Below the pieces are notes generated by a model. It was given only the letters and a program-made list of their open reading frames with translations. It was not told the origin of the DNA and did no database searches. A stretch of DNA of 54,251 bases, the filler included, from Jimgerdemannia flammicorona (Eukaryota): assembly GCA_003990765.1 (NCBI GenBank). It is 3 parts of 3 records of this genome, joined end to end, with 100 filler letters (N's around TTAATTAATTAA, not from the genome) between each part and the next. Parts side by side here need not be neighbours in the genome. Positions count along the whole stretch, not along the records: positions 1 to 18,018 come from RBNJ01002326.1; positions 18,119 to 36,136 come from RBNJ01002327.1; 1 more part is not named here. The stretch is one strand, 5' to 3'. Positions 12,630 to 24,124 of this stretch are shown in pieces. Every line of letters starts with the position of its first letter. Within the stretch, counting starts at the first letter, position 1. The position numbers were made by a program, and so were the translations under genes.

Positions 12630-15200
12630 AGGCCTTGAGTTGTGACACATCTAATACTGGGTGTATACACATGGTTGTTGGCAAGTTGAGGCAGTAAGAC
12701 TAGGTGGAGACTTGCTTGGTGATCTCAAAGAGTCCAAGGTACTTGGGCTGGAATTTGGCTGACTAGCAGTTGACTTGAGATGGAGCCTTGATGTTGTTGG
12801 CTTTGAGTAGAACTATATCACTAATGTTGTATATGACATCTTGCCACTTCTTATCTGCATACTTAGCTTGATGTTGCTGAGCCTTTTGCAGGTTCATAGT
12901 GGTGATCTTGAGAAGGGAATCCATTTTGTTAATAAGGTTCTGAGCTGTGGTGACTTGTGTGTGACTGGATTGCTGAAATGAGACTAGGCTTGCAGGGGTC
13001 TCAGGGTTTTGACTGTAAAGTAGCTGAAATGGGGAAAGACCAGTTGATGATTGGGTGGTATTATTGTAGGTGAACTCAGCATAGGTTAGATAGTGGTCCC
13101 AATCATCTTGCTCATAAGACACATAGTTTCTGAGCATTTTTTCAAGTGTTCTGTTCATTCGCTCAGTCTGTCTATTAGTTTGAGGGTGGAAGGCAGTGGA
13201 CATAGCAATTTGGATTCCAAGGGTCTTGAAGAGTGCTTGCCAGAAGTGGCTTGTAAACTTGGGGTTGTGGTCACTGATAATTACTCAGGGAAGTCCATAA
13301 TGGCAGAAGACAGTCTTGAAGAAGATTCTTGCAATTTCTGGGGCAGTAGCATTGGTTGTAGTTGGCTCAGTGATTGTAATCTTGGTGAGATGGTCCACAA
13401 ACACAACAATAGCATCATAGCCTGTTTTGGTTCATGGGAGTTGCACAATGAAGTCCATTGTGACTTGTTTGATCTTCTTGGTTGGAATTGGCAAGAGTTG
13501 TAGAAGACCAGCAGGTGCTTGGTTGCTTGACTTGTTTCTTTGGCAAAGATTGCAGCTTTAGATATACTCCTTGATTTCCTTGAGCATGTTTTGCCAGGAA
13601 TAGTCTTGTTGAATATTCTTGACAGTCTTCTCAGTTCCAAGGTGACCAGCTAGTGGGGAGTTATGATTTTCATGAAGAATCTTATACCATAGTTCAGGGT
13701 TGGCAGGAATATATACTTTGTCTTGATAGTACACAAGGTTGTCCTTAATGGTGTACTTTTCCTTGAATTCCTTAGTGTTCCTTTGTGGAACCAGAGAGTC
13801 TTGTTCATATGCCTTCTTGCTCTGATTGAGGAATTCAGATGCCACAGTAACTTGTAAAATTGTGGCAAGGTCAGGTCTTCTTGAAAGTACATCTGGTACA
13901 ACTAGAGTTTGGCCAGACTTGTAGATGATATTTGGGGTAAAGGTCTGAAGTAGTTGACTCCACTTGGCTTGTTGGTGAGAAAGGGTTGGTTGAGTGTTGA
14001 TATACTGAAGGGACCTGTGATCAGTGATCACATCAAACTCAACTTCTTTTAGATAGCGTTACCAAGTCTTGAGGGCATGGATGATTGCCAGGAGTTCCTT
14101 TTCATGAGTAGCCAGCTTTTGTTCTGCTGGGGACAATTTTCTTGACTCAAAGGCAATAGGTCAGTGTCCTTGACCATCATCTTGAGAAATGACTGCACTA
14201 ATGGCAAAGTTAGATGTATCTATAGTGACTATAAACTTCAAGTTTGGGTCCATATTTCTAAGGACAGGTGCATGGGTCAGGCAGTTCTTGAGTACTTGAA
14301 AGGCTTGTTGACAGAAAGCATCCCAGATATAGGGGACATAAAGGTCAGAGTTGGGTTCCTTTCACAGGAGATTTGTTAAAGATTCTGCAATGCTAGAGAA
14401 GTTCTTGACAAATCGATGGTAGTATCCAGCCAGACCAAGGAAGGACCAGAGTTCAGTGAGGTTTGCTGGTACAGGCCACTGTTCAATGGCTTGTATTTTC
14501 CTTGGGTCTACTTGGATTCCTTTGGCTGATATAATGTGTCCAAGATATTTGACTTGATCTTTGAAAAATTCACATTTCTTGAGCTTTGCATAGAGCTTAT
14601 TCTCACAGAGGATCTTGAAGACTTGTTCAATATGCTTAAGGTGTTCTTCTTCAGTGCTACTGAAGATCAGGATGTCATCAATGTATACAAGTACAAAGAT
14701 ATAGAGCTGATCCTTGAAGACAGTTTGCATGACATCTTAAAAGGTTGCTGGTGCATTGGTGAGACCAAAGGCCATGACTAGGAATTTGTAGAGTCTGAAG
14801 GGTGTCATGAAGGCAGTCTTGGGTATGTCTTCTGGCTTGATTCGAATTTGGTGATACCCAGAGGTGAGATCAATCTTGGTGAAGTACTTTGCATTTTTGA
14901 GAGCATTAAAGATTTGATCTATGAGTGGTAGTAGATAATGGTTCTTGACTGTAATCTTGTTGAGTGCTGCACATTCACAGAGTATCATCCTTTTTCTTGA
15001 CAAATAGGACTGGGGAGCCAAAGGGTGGCTTGCTTGGCTGAATGGCTCCTTGCTCAATGAGTTTATTGAGTTTCTTCTTGACTACTTCAATTTCGAGTGG
15101 AGATATGTGGTATATTTTCTTCTTAGGTATAGCTGCATCAGATACCAACTTGATTTCATGGTCATGATCTCTTGAAGGTGGTAGACCAGGTAGTTTGTCC
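12630..15200 (-). pseudogene. E2 RT, RNase H and integrase
   Basis: [65 protein letters not shown] (zinc finger), STAFHPQTNRQTERMNRTLE. Confidence 0.95.
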
Positions 15201-15399
15201 AGGAAGACATCCTTGTATTTATTCAGTAGTAATTTGACACTTTCACTGATTGATAGCTTCTTGTCTTCTTTCTTTGATCAGATCAGTGCCACAAAGGCAC
15301 AGATAGCTTTCTTGAGGGCCTTCTTGAACTGAATTGCCAAAAGGGTAGCAATTGGGGTTCTTGTCTGAGTCTTGTCTGGCTTGATGGTAATGTTGGTTC

Positions 15400-15739
15400 C
15401 ATTCTGAATCAGGGTGACTTCATTCTTGGTCCAATCAATCTGAGGGTTGTGTCATGTAAGCCAGGGTTTGCCTAGGATCAGGTCATGGTCTCCTAGTGGT
15501 GCTACCTCAAAATCTAAATATTCCCAGTACTTCTGGATCTTGAGAGGGAGTTTAGTGGCAATTGAGTTAATTGGTAAGGTGGTGCCATCTGCAGTGACAA
15601 CTCTACCATTCTTGTCAGCTGGTTTGGTGAGAATCTTGAGCTTGTCAATGAGGTTCTTGTTGATGAAGTTTCCAACAGCTCCACTATCTATGAGAACATC
15701 TAGCTCTTGTCCTTTTACTAGACCTTTAAAAATGAGCAT
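15400..15739 (-). pseudogene. E2 aspartic protease
   Basis: VLIDSGAVGNFI ... DLILGKPWL. Confidence 0.92.
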
Positions 15740-15775
15740 TGAATTGGATCGGTTCTCAGCTATGCTTGCAACTTT

Positions 15776-16186
15776 ATCAGTGCTGCCAAAGCCTTTCTGA
15801 TCTCACTTGGTTGGAGACAGCTTGGTGACTTCTTTGATAACTGGTAGGGTGGCTTGCTCCAGAATGAGCTGCGCAATTCTGTCACCTTCATTGATGGTAT
15901 ATGGTTGGTTCTTGTGGTTGACTAGTAGGACTTGTATTTCACCTCAGAAGTCAGGGTCAATGACTTCAGCACCAACATCCAATGAGTGCTTGAAACTGAG
16001 GCCAGATCTTGGTACAATTCTTGCATAATGTTCCTTGGGGATTTTGACTGAAAGGCCAGTTGGAATGAGCCTTCTTTTATGTGCAGAAATAGTGACTTGT
16101 TGTACTGCTTGAAGGTCCAAACCAATGACTCCTTCTGACTGTGCTTGAGGGATCTGGGCCTTGGGGTTGACTCATATGAAATTGAG
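15776..16186 (-). pseudogene. E2 dUTPase, between the gag zinc knuckle and the protease
   Basis: Hand translation: LNFI*VNPKAQIPQAQSEGVIGLDL...IPTGLSVKIPKEHYARIVPRSGLS...VIDPDF*GEIQVLL...GDRIAQLIL...K*DQKGFGST. All five trimeric dUTPase motifs are present, in frame with gag and protease. Confidence 0.93.
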
Positions 16187-16239
16187 TACAACTTCTTGTT
16201 CAACAGATTGATCTTGAGTGTCTTTGGATAGGACCAGAA

Positions 16240-17092
16240 TCCTCTTTGATTTGGTAGTTTTCTTGGGACATTTGGTTGCAATGCGACCAGGCTGATGGCA
16301 AAAGAAGCAGGCTCCAGCCTTCTTGAGGTGCTCCTTTTCCTTGGGTATAAGCTTGCCTTTCTTGCTCTTATCAATGGTGTCTAGGTCCATGGGGGTAGGT
16401 TCAACAGTTCTGACTTTGGGTTCCTCCCTTTTATGGTTATTATTGAAAGGCAGTCTCTTCTGTTCAAAGTGGTGACCATAGGTGATGATAACAAACCTAT
16501 CAGCAATCTTCATTGCTGTATCTAGGTCCTTGGGTTCTTCTAGTTTGACATGAACTCAGGTTTGACGTTTCAGGCCTCAGATGTACTTGTCAACCTTCTT
16601 GTCTTCAGTGATATGTGGTAATTCTAGCAGGATTGACAGGAATTGTGCATTGTATGCTTGCACAGACTTGAGTTGTTTGACATTTGCCAGATGGTCTCAT
16701 GTAGCCTTGGTGCTGTTGACTGGTTTGAATTGGTCTTGAACAGCATCAGAGAATTCATTCCAAGTCCTGATCTGGCCAGCAAATCTGGTATTCTGAACGT
16801 GGTTTCACCACCAGATTGCAGCATTCCCTCAGAGGAGTGTGGCAGCAAATTGGACTAGTGTTGCTTCTTCCAAATTGGTCAGTTCTCCATATTGCTCCAA
16901 TTGGAAAAGCCAGGCATCGGTAGAAAGTCCTTCTCTTTGACCATTAAAAGTGTTGGGCTTCTGAGGCTTGATAGTAACTGCCATCAGATGTATTGATGTT
17001 GGTGGAGGTGTGGAGGTATGAGCAGGGGCCTTGCTTTCCTTTCTTTCTATACATTCTTGAAGTTGAGCAATCTGAGCTAATGCAGTCTGCAA
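16240..17092 (-). pseudogene. E2 gag (capsid region plus CCHC knuckle)
   Basis: KPQKPNTFNG...DAWLFQLEQY, EPTPMDLD, CFFCHQPGRIATKC. Confidence 0.88.
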
Positions 17093-17269
17093 CAGACTCT
17101 TGATGGCCCTGGTTGACTGAGTAGGGTTTTGCTGTTCCTCTTCTTCTTGCTGATTGTATGAGGTATTGCCTGGACTATAGATACTGTATGAAGGGTTCCA
17201 CTCATTGTCCTCTATAGTATTGTGACTGATATCTTGAGAGGTGTCTTGATAAGGCTAGGTGTAACTTAA

Positions 17270-17281
17270 CCACTGCTACCA
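17270..17281 (-). promoter_or_regulatory. E2 primer-binding site TGGTAGCAGTGG (initiator tRNA-Met type)
   Basis: Lies 2 nt inside the 5' LTR. Begins with TGG, the complement of CCA. Same motif in E3 and E4. Confidence 0.75.
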
Positions 17282-17283
17282 AG

Positions 17284-17644
17284 TATAACAGTTCTAGTTT
17301 CTAAATGAGGAAGCGACTAGTTCTGGTGGTTCTAAGTAGCTCAAAGAGATACTTAAGGATTCAAGTATTCTCAAATTATAAGAACAAAGGGGATATTTAT
17401 GCAAGATCTAAAAGAAGGATCTGGAAGGATCTGAGAAATCAAAGGAAAATGCCAAGACAGAAGTTCTCAGCAAAGATGACAAATAAAGTTCTACAAGTTT
17501 CCAGGATATTCAGTAACTAGCTAAATAAGTACTAGTGGATGCTCAGCACCAAGAAAGGATTTCTAAGTGTTCGGAAAGTACTGGAAGGTTGTAGAATATT
17601 GAGGAAAGACAAAGAAAAGAAATAAACTATGCTAAAATGTTATA
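17284..17644 (-). repeat. E2 5' LTR (361 bp; ~32-bp deletion relative to the 3' LTR)
   Basis: Direct repeat of 11685-12077, differing mostly by transitions. Termini decayed to TATA...TATA. Confidence 0.93.
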
Positions 17645-18018
17645 CTAGGTCTCATGCTCTCCCCACAACTCAGTCAACTATCAGCAGTTCTATCTAGATT
17701 TTTTTCCAGATTACCCATCATACTCCCATCAGCAGTCACTTCCTCAGCAACTATACCACCAGTCCCCCTACTCTGACCCCCCAGTGAGGCTCCCCCCTGC
17801 TGCTGCCCTATATTCTTTGCCATCTCCTTGCTCTTCCTCAGCCAGCCCTCTAGTCTAGTTGCTGGCTACCTCCCCTTCATCTTATCTGTGAAGCTCACTC
17901 TCCTGATCTCCTGCCCTCCAACACTGCTCCCTCTCCTTCCTCATCCACCCACCAGCAAGCCTCTCATACTTCTCCCCAAGCCTGGGCCCCTCCCCACATG
18001 CTGTCTTTTTTTTTTTTT

Positions 18019-18118
18019 NNNNNNNNNNNNNNNNNNNNNNNNNNNNNNNNNNNNNNNNNNNNTTAATTAATTAANNNNNNNNNNNNNNNNNNNNNNNNNN
18101 NNNNNNNNNNNNNNNNNN
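18019..18118. other. Artificial contig spacer N44-TTAATTAATTAA-N44
   Basis: Exactly 100 bp, with a 12-mer that puts stops in all six frames. Identical to 36137-36236. Confidence 0.97.
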
Positions 18119-18434
18119 ATTTCTGACTAAGTATGAGTGACTAATTTGGTAACTATAATGAGGTTTGTGATCATGACCTTTGTCAGGTGGTTTTTGGTAA
18201 AGAATATCTTTGTGATCAGGACCTCAATTACTAGGCAATGATCAGCAGCTGTGGCAACTATTGCTGTAGCGCCAGTTGTCAGAGATAAGCTGGATATTGT
18301 TTTCCATATTGTTTCGCATCGTTCATCTGTTTGTTATTCATATGCCGCGCTCAATCGTATGATGACGTCATTGCCAGGTCACATGATCGTTTGTCTCATT
18401 GCATCCCATCTGTTCACTTATTTGTTCTATTACA
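18119..18434 (-). repeat. E3 3' LTR (partial)
   Basis: Direct repeat of 26440-26755 ending TATTACA; adjacent minus-strand PPT TAAGGAGGGAAGGA. Confidence 0.92.
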
Positions 18435-18445
18435 TCCTTCCCTCC

Positions 18446-19354
18446 TTAGAAATCAATGTCCTTGTTAATTGAGAAATTGAGAACCAGGGGAGAGAAAGGT
18501 GGGGAATCCTCCTCAGGGTTGTTACCATCTTCTTCAGGGGCAGGGGGAGTGGTTACTGGTGGTTTGCTGTCCAGGATGGAGAAGTCAATGAGGTCTGCAA
18601 ATGGTTCTTACATTGGGATAGGTACTGGTATAGAGGTTCTCCATCTGATGTGGTTGGGGCCATCTAAGTAGGGCTCTTGATCTTCATGTCTGGGAATATC
18701 CATTCGAATAGGTGGTCCTTCAAAGAGGTCAGAGAGGCCTTGGAGCCATTGGTCAGGATTATCATTCAGGAGGGGGCTTCAGTAGGGTTCGCAGTCAGTA
18801 GACTTGGGGGTGATCCAGAAGTTGGCTTCTTGGGCTACCTTGATCTCTAGTTCATTAACCTTGAAGAAGGAGAGGTTCTGGAAATCCTTCAGTTGGACAT
18901 AGTTGAGGTTGGGGATTGCAAAGAGTGCATAGCACATGATTTGATGGACCTTCTTGGCAAGTCTTTGCTCATGCCTATCTAGGTGAGTCCAGTCAGAGAC
19001 CTGATCCATGGGTAGGCCACTTGTATGTTGGAGAAGCTGGTGACTGATTTCATATTCATGCCAGATTTCTAGGTAGCTGGTAGTAAGGTAGACCCTTTCA
19101 ATAATTTCACAGCGGTCAAGGACATAATTTCCTAGGTCTGGGCTAGAGAGGTTAAGAACCTCTGAGCAGCGGTTCCTTCCTTGGATAGCAACCTGGATGT
19201 GTCTAAAGATGTGGTCAACCTGGCTTGGGAGGGGCTGGCTATGGCGGGCAGTTTGGTGGCAGGTGGCAGGTATTCCTGTCTTGTCTTTTCTTTGTGAGAA
19301 GAGGGGGATGAGTGTTGCAAGGTATTCTTGCCTTGGGGAATTATACTTATTCAC
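18446..19354 (-). pseudogene. E3 accessory ORF of unknown function, between chromodomain and PPT
   Basis: ORF 18779-19354 reads on in frame past a TGA (W in the homolog) and one more stop to 18446. Clearly homologous to 53109-53933 (YEI..LL, AKK.HQI, IPNL.YV..DF..LS, DNPDQ.LQGL, DLI.FS, P.VLNF). Confidence 0.85.
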
Positions 19355-19920
19355 CCATCTGATGTGATCTTCCTTTGGTCACACTTTCTGATGAAATGCA
19401 TGACCTGTTGCTGTAAGTAGGACATATGCTGGTCATATGAGAAAATCCTGATTTCAAAGATATCATCACTTATAATTGTGGTTACACAGGGTTAACAGGT
19501 CTTGGTCTATTTTTTTTTTTGTCTGGTTGGTGCATTTGTGAGGACTGGCTATCCTTGTCTAGGGCGAGAGCTCCCATTGTCGTGGCTAGGGGTTCAAGTC
19601 TCTCGGAAATAGACATTCTTGTAATCCAAGGCAATTCTTAGTAACAATATCTGTCACATGGATGGACTTAGACTGGTTTCAACATTGTTGGCTTTCCTAA
19701 GTTTCACATGAAGCATCCATCATCATCCAGTGGAGATGACACAGATGGTGTGAAATGGAGTTGTTCAAATGCATTTTGCTGTACTATACTAGATTGTTCT
19801 TTTGCTTGGGTATCTTCTTGTTGGTTATCCATAGTGTTCCTTTTTCTCTGCAATATTTGGTATTATATGTTTCTAGTTAAAAATATGTGGTACCCTTCTG
19901 CTCGCTGTGTGCTCCTATAC

Positions 19921-20135
19921 TTAGAGCTGTAGTTCCTTTCTTTGCTGGGGGGTGAGTGTTTCCATGTAGTCCTGGAGGGCTTGGCATGTATTCTTCAGGG
20001 CTTCTTCTTTTTCCCAGGTGGCATCATGGGTGGGGTAACCCTTCCACTTGATCAGGAAAAAGCGTTTGACTGTTTTGGGATATTTGCGGACCTTGTGGTC
20101 AAGTACTTCCTCAATTTCGAATTCCTCATGATCAT
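19921..20135 (-). pseudogene. E3 chromodomain
   Basis: EEFEIEEVLDHK...FFLIKWKGYPTHDATWEKEEALKN. Confidence 0.92.
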
Positions 20136-20209
20136 TGATCCTAATTGGGGGTGGTGATGGAACTGTATGCTCAAGGAATGGGTTCTCATGGTAGTCCACC
20201 AATTGGCTG

Positions 20210-22740
20210 ATATGGAATACTGGGTGTACTCAGATATTGTGGGGAAGTTGCAACTTGTAGTTCACTTTGCTGATTTTTTCTATGATCTTGTATGGTCCAA
20301 TACTTCTAGCACAGAGTTTCTTAGTTGGTTGTTGTGCCAGGGTGTCTGGATGGAGGTGGTCTGTTCTAAGCATGACCTTGTCACCAATATTGTAGGAGGC
20401 TTCTCTTTGCTTCAAGTTTGCATACTTGGTCTGATAGTCTTGTGCTTCTATGAGAGCATCTCTTGTCATTTGGATAAGGTCAGAAATGGTCTCGGCCAGA
20501 TCTTGGGCTGCTGGGACTGCTGATTTCGCAGTAGTACTTGGGGTCCTTGGGTGTTGACCATGGTTCAGGAAGAATGGAGTCTTCTTTGTGGAGGTTTGCT
20601 GACTGTTGTTGTAGGCAAACTCAGCATGAGCTAGGTACTTGTCCCAATCATTTTGCTTGTAACAGCAGAAGATGCTAAGCATCTGTTTGAGAGTCCTGTT
20701 TGTTCGCTCGGTTTGACCATTAGTCTGAGGGTGGTAGGCAGTAGAGAACTTTAGATTAGTTCCATGGAGGGAGAAAAATGCCTTCCAGAAGTTGCTTGTG
20801 AACTTGGTGTCTCAGTCAGATACAATAGTGCTAGGCATGCCATGTAGCCTGAATACTTGATTGAGGAAAATCTTGGCAATCTCTGGTGCTGTAGTGGTAG
20901 TTTTGGTGGGTACAAAATAGGCTTGTTTACTTAGGCAGTCCACAAATACCATGATGGCATCCCATCCTGCCTTGGTCTTGGAGAGTTGGACAATGATGTC
21001 CATTGCAATCTGGTCCCAATTGTGACTTGGGATAGGCAAGGGTTGCAGGAGTCCTGCTGGTAGCTTGTTACCACTTTTGAACCTTTGACATATCTCGCAT
21101 GAGGCCACAAAGTCTTTGATATCCTTGGTCATCTTTGGTCAGTAGAACTCTCTTGAGAGGAGGTTGTAGGTCTTTTCAAAACCAAAGTGTCCTGCTGTAG
21201 GAGTTCCTGCATGATCTTGAGTTGCAGAGTATTATTGTTGGGTACAACCACTCTGTTATGGTCTCTGTAGATAAGTCCATCATGGTAGATGAATCTCTTG
21301 GCCATTTGCCTTATGGATTCTGGAACCTCAGCCTCTGGGTCTTGGCAGGATTGAAGGAAATTCATCAGAGGGCTGTCTTGCTGGTAGCCATCCTTGATCA
21401 TTTGGGTAAGGTCTCCAATTACTTTGACCATAAAGACAAGTTTGTCTTCTATGTATCTGGAGAAACCATCAGCCACACGGTTGGTTTTGCCTGAGATATA
21501 CTTGATTTCCATATCAAAGTTGGCAATGATTTCCATCCAGTGGGCTTGTCTGTGGGTCAGCATAGGCTGTGTATGAATATACCACAGTGCATGGTGATCA
21601 GTATAGGCTACAAATGACTGTCCTAGGAGGAAATAGCACCATTCCTGGAGTGCAGTGACAATAGCCAGGAGTTCCTTCTCATGGGTGGTATACTGGGTCT
21701 CAGCTGGCTTGAGCTTTTGGGAGAGGTAGGCCACTGGGCAGTCTTCTTGACTGAGTACTGCTCCAATAGCAATATCAGATGCATCTGTAGTCAGAGTGAA
21801 TGGTCTGGTAGGGTCAGGTGCAATTAGCACTGGGGCCTTGGTAAGGAGTCTCTTGAGGTAGTCTATAGCCAGGGTGCATTTGGGGGTCCATTTAGCTTTG
21901 ATGTTCACTCCTTTGTGGGCCAGACTGGTTAATGGAGCTGCAATAGCAGAGTATCCTTGGATAAACCTTCAGTAATAACCGGCAATACCCAGAAAGTGCT
22001 GAAGTAGCTTGAGGGTAGTAGGGATAGGGATATCCTTAAGGGCTGATACCTTTCAGGGGTCCACATTGATACCTTCAGCAGAGATGATGTGTCCTAGATA
22101 TTCAATCTGGTGTTGGTAGAACTTGCATTTGCTCATCTTGGCATAGAGCTGGTGTTCTCACAGGAGGGTCAGTACTTGTCTGAGATGGGTGTAGTATAGC
22201 TCTACTGTCTTGCTGTAGATTAGTATATCATCAATATACACAAGGACACAGATGTTGAGGAGTGGTCCAAAGATGTCATTCATCAGATACTGGAATGTTG
22301 CTGGTACATTGGTCAATCCAAAAGGTATGACTCGGAACTGGTAGTGTCCAAACTGTGTTTGGAAAGCTGCCTTCTCAATGTCCTTCTCATCAATGAGAAT
22401 CTGGTGGTAGCCATTTCACAAATCCAGTAGAGAAAAGGTCTTGGCCTTGAAGATTTGGTATAGCAACTCATCAATGCTGGACAAGGCATACCAGTTCTTG
22501 ATAGTGATCTTGTTGAGGGCTCTGTAGTCAATACACATTCGTGGAGAGCCATCCTTCTTGACAAATAGAATGGGGGCTCCAAATAGAGAGTGGCTGGATT
22601 CAATGTATCCTTGGGCCAGTAGTTTGGCCAATTCATCCTTAAGGGTCTTGAGCTCAGATTGAGCCAGTTGATAGATAATCTTGTATGGGGGTTCAGATCC
22701 TGGAATAAGATCAATTCCATGTTAGATTTGGCACTTGGGT
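20210..22740 (-). pseudogene. E3 RT, RNase H and integrase
   Basis: [71 protein letters not shown]. Confidence 0.95.
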
Positions 22741-22929
22741 AGAAGTCCTTGAGGATCTTGAAATACATCTTGGAATTCTTCAAACAGTTCTTGAGCTTCT
22801 GTTGGAATTGGGCTACTTGTAGCTTCAGTGACTTCTTGTACTGTACAGATGAAGTAGGTGTTTCCCTTTTTTTGAGAGAGTCTCTTCATTAGAATGGCAG
22901 AGATGATTTCGATTCCTTGGTGGTTGGTA

Positions 22930-23310
22930 CCTTCCTGGGGTGTCAGGGTAATCTTTCTGCCTTCATGGGTCAGGTTAACCTCGTTAGTTCTCCAGTTGAT
23001 ATCTGGGTTATGCTGGGTGAACCAGGCTTTTCCTAAGATAATGTCTTGTCCTGGAAGGTCTATAATGCTGAAGTCCAACTTCTCTTGATATTTGCCAATC
23101 TTGAGCAAAAGGTTTTCACAGATCTTGGTCAATGGTGCAGTCTTTCCATCACCAAAGGTAACACTTCTTTTCTCAGTAATTGGTCTGCTTTGGGCTCCAA
23201 TCCTCTTGGTAGTCTTGGTGCTGATGTAGTTTCCAGTAGCACCACTATCAAGCAAGACATTGACATTTTGTCTGTAGACTTGGCCTGTGAACTTGATGCA
23301 ACTATCCCCC
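22930..23310 (-). pseudogene. E3 aspartic protease
   Basis: VLLDSGATGNYIS ... DIILGKAWF. Confidence 0.92.
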
Positions 23311-23624
23311 TTCTTGATGATATTGAGCTCTTCATCCTCATTGTTGTCCCAATTGCTGTCAGTCTCCTCGAAGTCAGTTTCTCCCCATCCTTCACAAGGA
23401 GGGTTGTCTTGTTTGGGTTCCTCAGTCTGTTGAGCTTGGCACTTCTCAGATTGAATTTTGAAAACTTTGGAGAGGCATGCATGGTATTCACCAACATGTT
23501 TCATGCAGTATATTCGAATAGAATGAGGGCATCGTCCACATGGTGCATAACCATCTACAATTCTCTTGTACCAGTTTTCATCATCTTCCTTCATAGTAGT
23601 GACCTTTTGACTAGGAGGTTTGTT

Positions 23625-24038
23625 GGTAGATCCAAACCCTTTCTTGCCATGGTCTGTCTGGGAGAGTTCGGGGACTTCTTCAATGGTGAGGTCTTGACAG
23701 ATTTCTTCAATGATTGCTTGGGCAATTCTTTGGCCTGCTTTGACTTCAAATGATGTGTCTCCAAAATTTCACAAGATGACACGGATTTCACCAGTAAATC
23801 CTTGGTCAACTACTCCTCCTCCTAGCCCAATGTTGAACTCTTTGGCTAGGCTGCTTCGCTCAGCAAGGTGGATGTATGTACCTCTGGGGGCTTGCATTGC
23901 AATTCCTGTTCACACTGTAGCATTGGTACTTGGTGGGATGGTGAGGTCTTGGCTGCTGTAGAGGTCATATCCAGCATCAGTTGGGTGGGCCTTAGTGGGG
24001 ATGGTAGCCTTGTATCATATCTTCTGTACTTTGATGAC
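23625..24038 (-). pseudogene. E3 dUTPase, between gag and protease
   Basis: Hand translation: IKVQKI*YKATIPTKAHPTDAGYDLYS...TGIAMQAPRGTYIHLAERSSLA...GGVVDQGFTGEIRVIL...GQRIAQAII...HGKKGFGST. Confidence 0.93.
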
Positions 24039-24124
24039 ATTCTTGGGGTTCTTTTTTCCTGGACCTTCTCCAATAACAGTAATGTTCTGGTTACTGGGTT
24101 CACCTGTTCTATTCTTCTTCTCAG

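Larger units (their letters stand above)
11685..17644 (-). mobile_element. E2: full-length Ty3/Gypsy chromovirus-type LTR retrotransposon, gag-dUTPase-PR-RT-RH-INT-chromodomain, TSD CTAGG
   Basis: LTRs at 11685-12077 and 17284-17644. CTAGG at 11680-11684 and 17645-17649. PBS at 17270-17281, PPT at 12078-12093. All domains readable despite stops. Confidence 0.96.
6342..18005 (-). mobile_element. Near full-length L1/Tx1-like LINE (copy B), interrupted in ORF1 by Gypsy element E2
   Basis: 3' tail reads (TA)n then An at 6342-6361. ORF2 and ORF1 are collinear with the copy at 30340-36136. LINE-like purine-rich sequence resumes after the CTAGG duplication at 17645. Confidence 0.9.

Noticed and set aside
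15776..16186. dUTPases as host DUT1 genes or as evidence for a virus or prophage
   Set aside because: Intronless, located within gag-pol, and bounded by LTRs (with a TSD in E2).
18063..18074. Palindrome TTAATTAATTAA, also at 36181-36192
   Set aside because: Centred in exact N44 flanks; a synthetic six-frame stop linker, not biology.
23046..23753. 235-aa hydrophobic plus-strand ORF that could be read as env-like
   Set aside because: Antisense to the E3 dUTPase-protease region; no counterpart in other elements.
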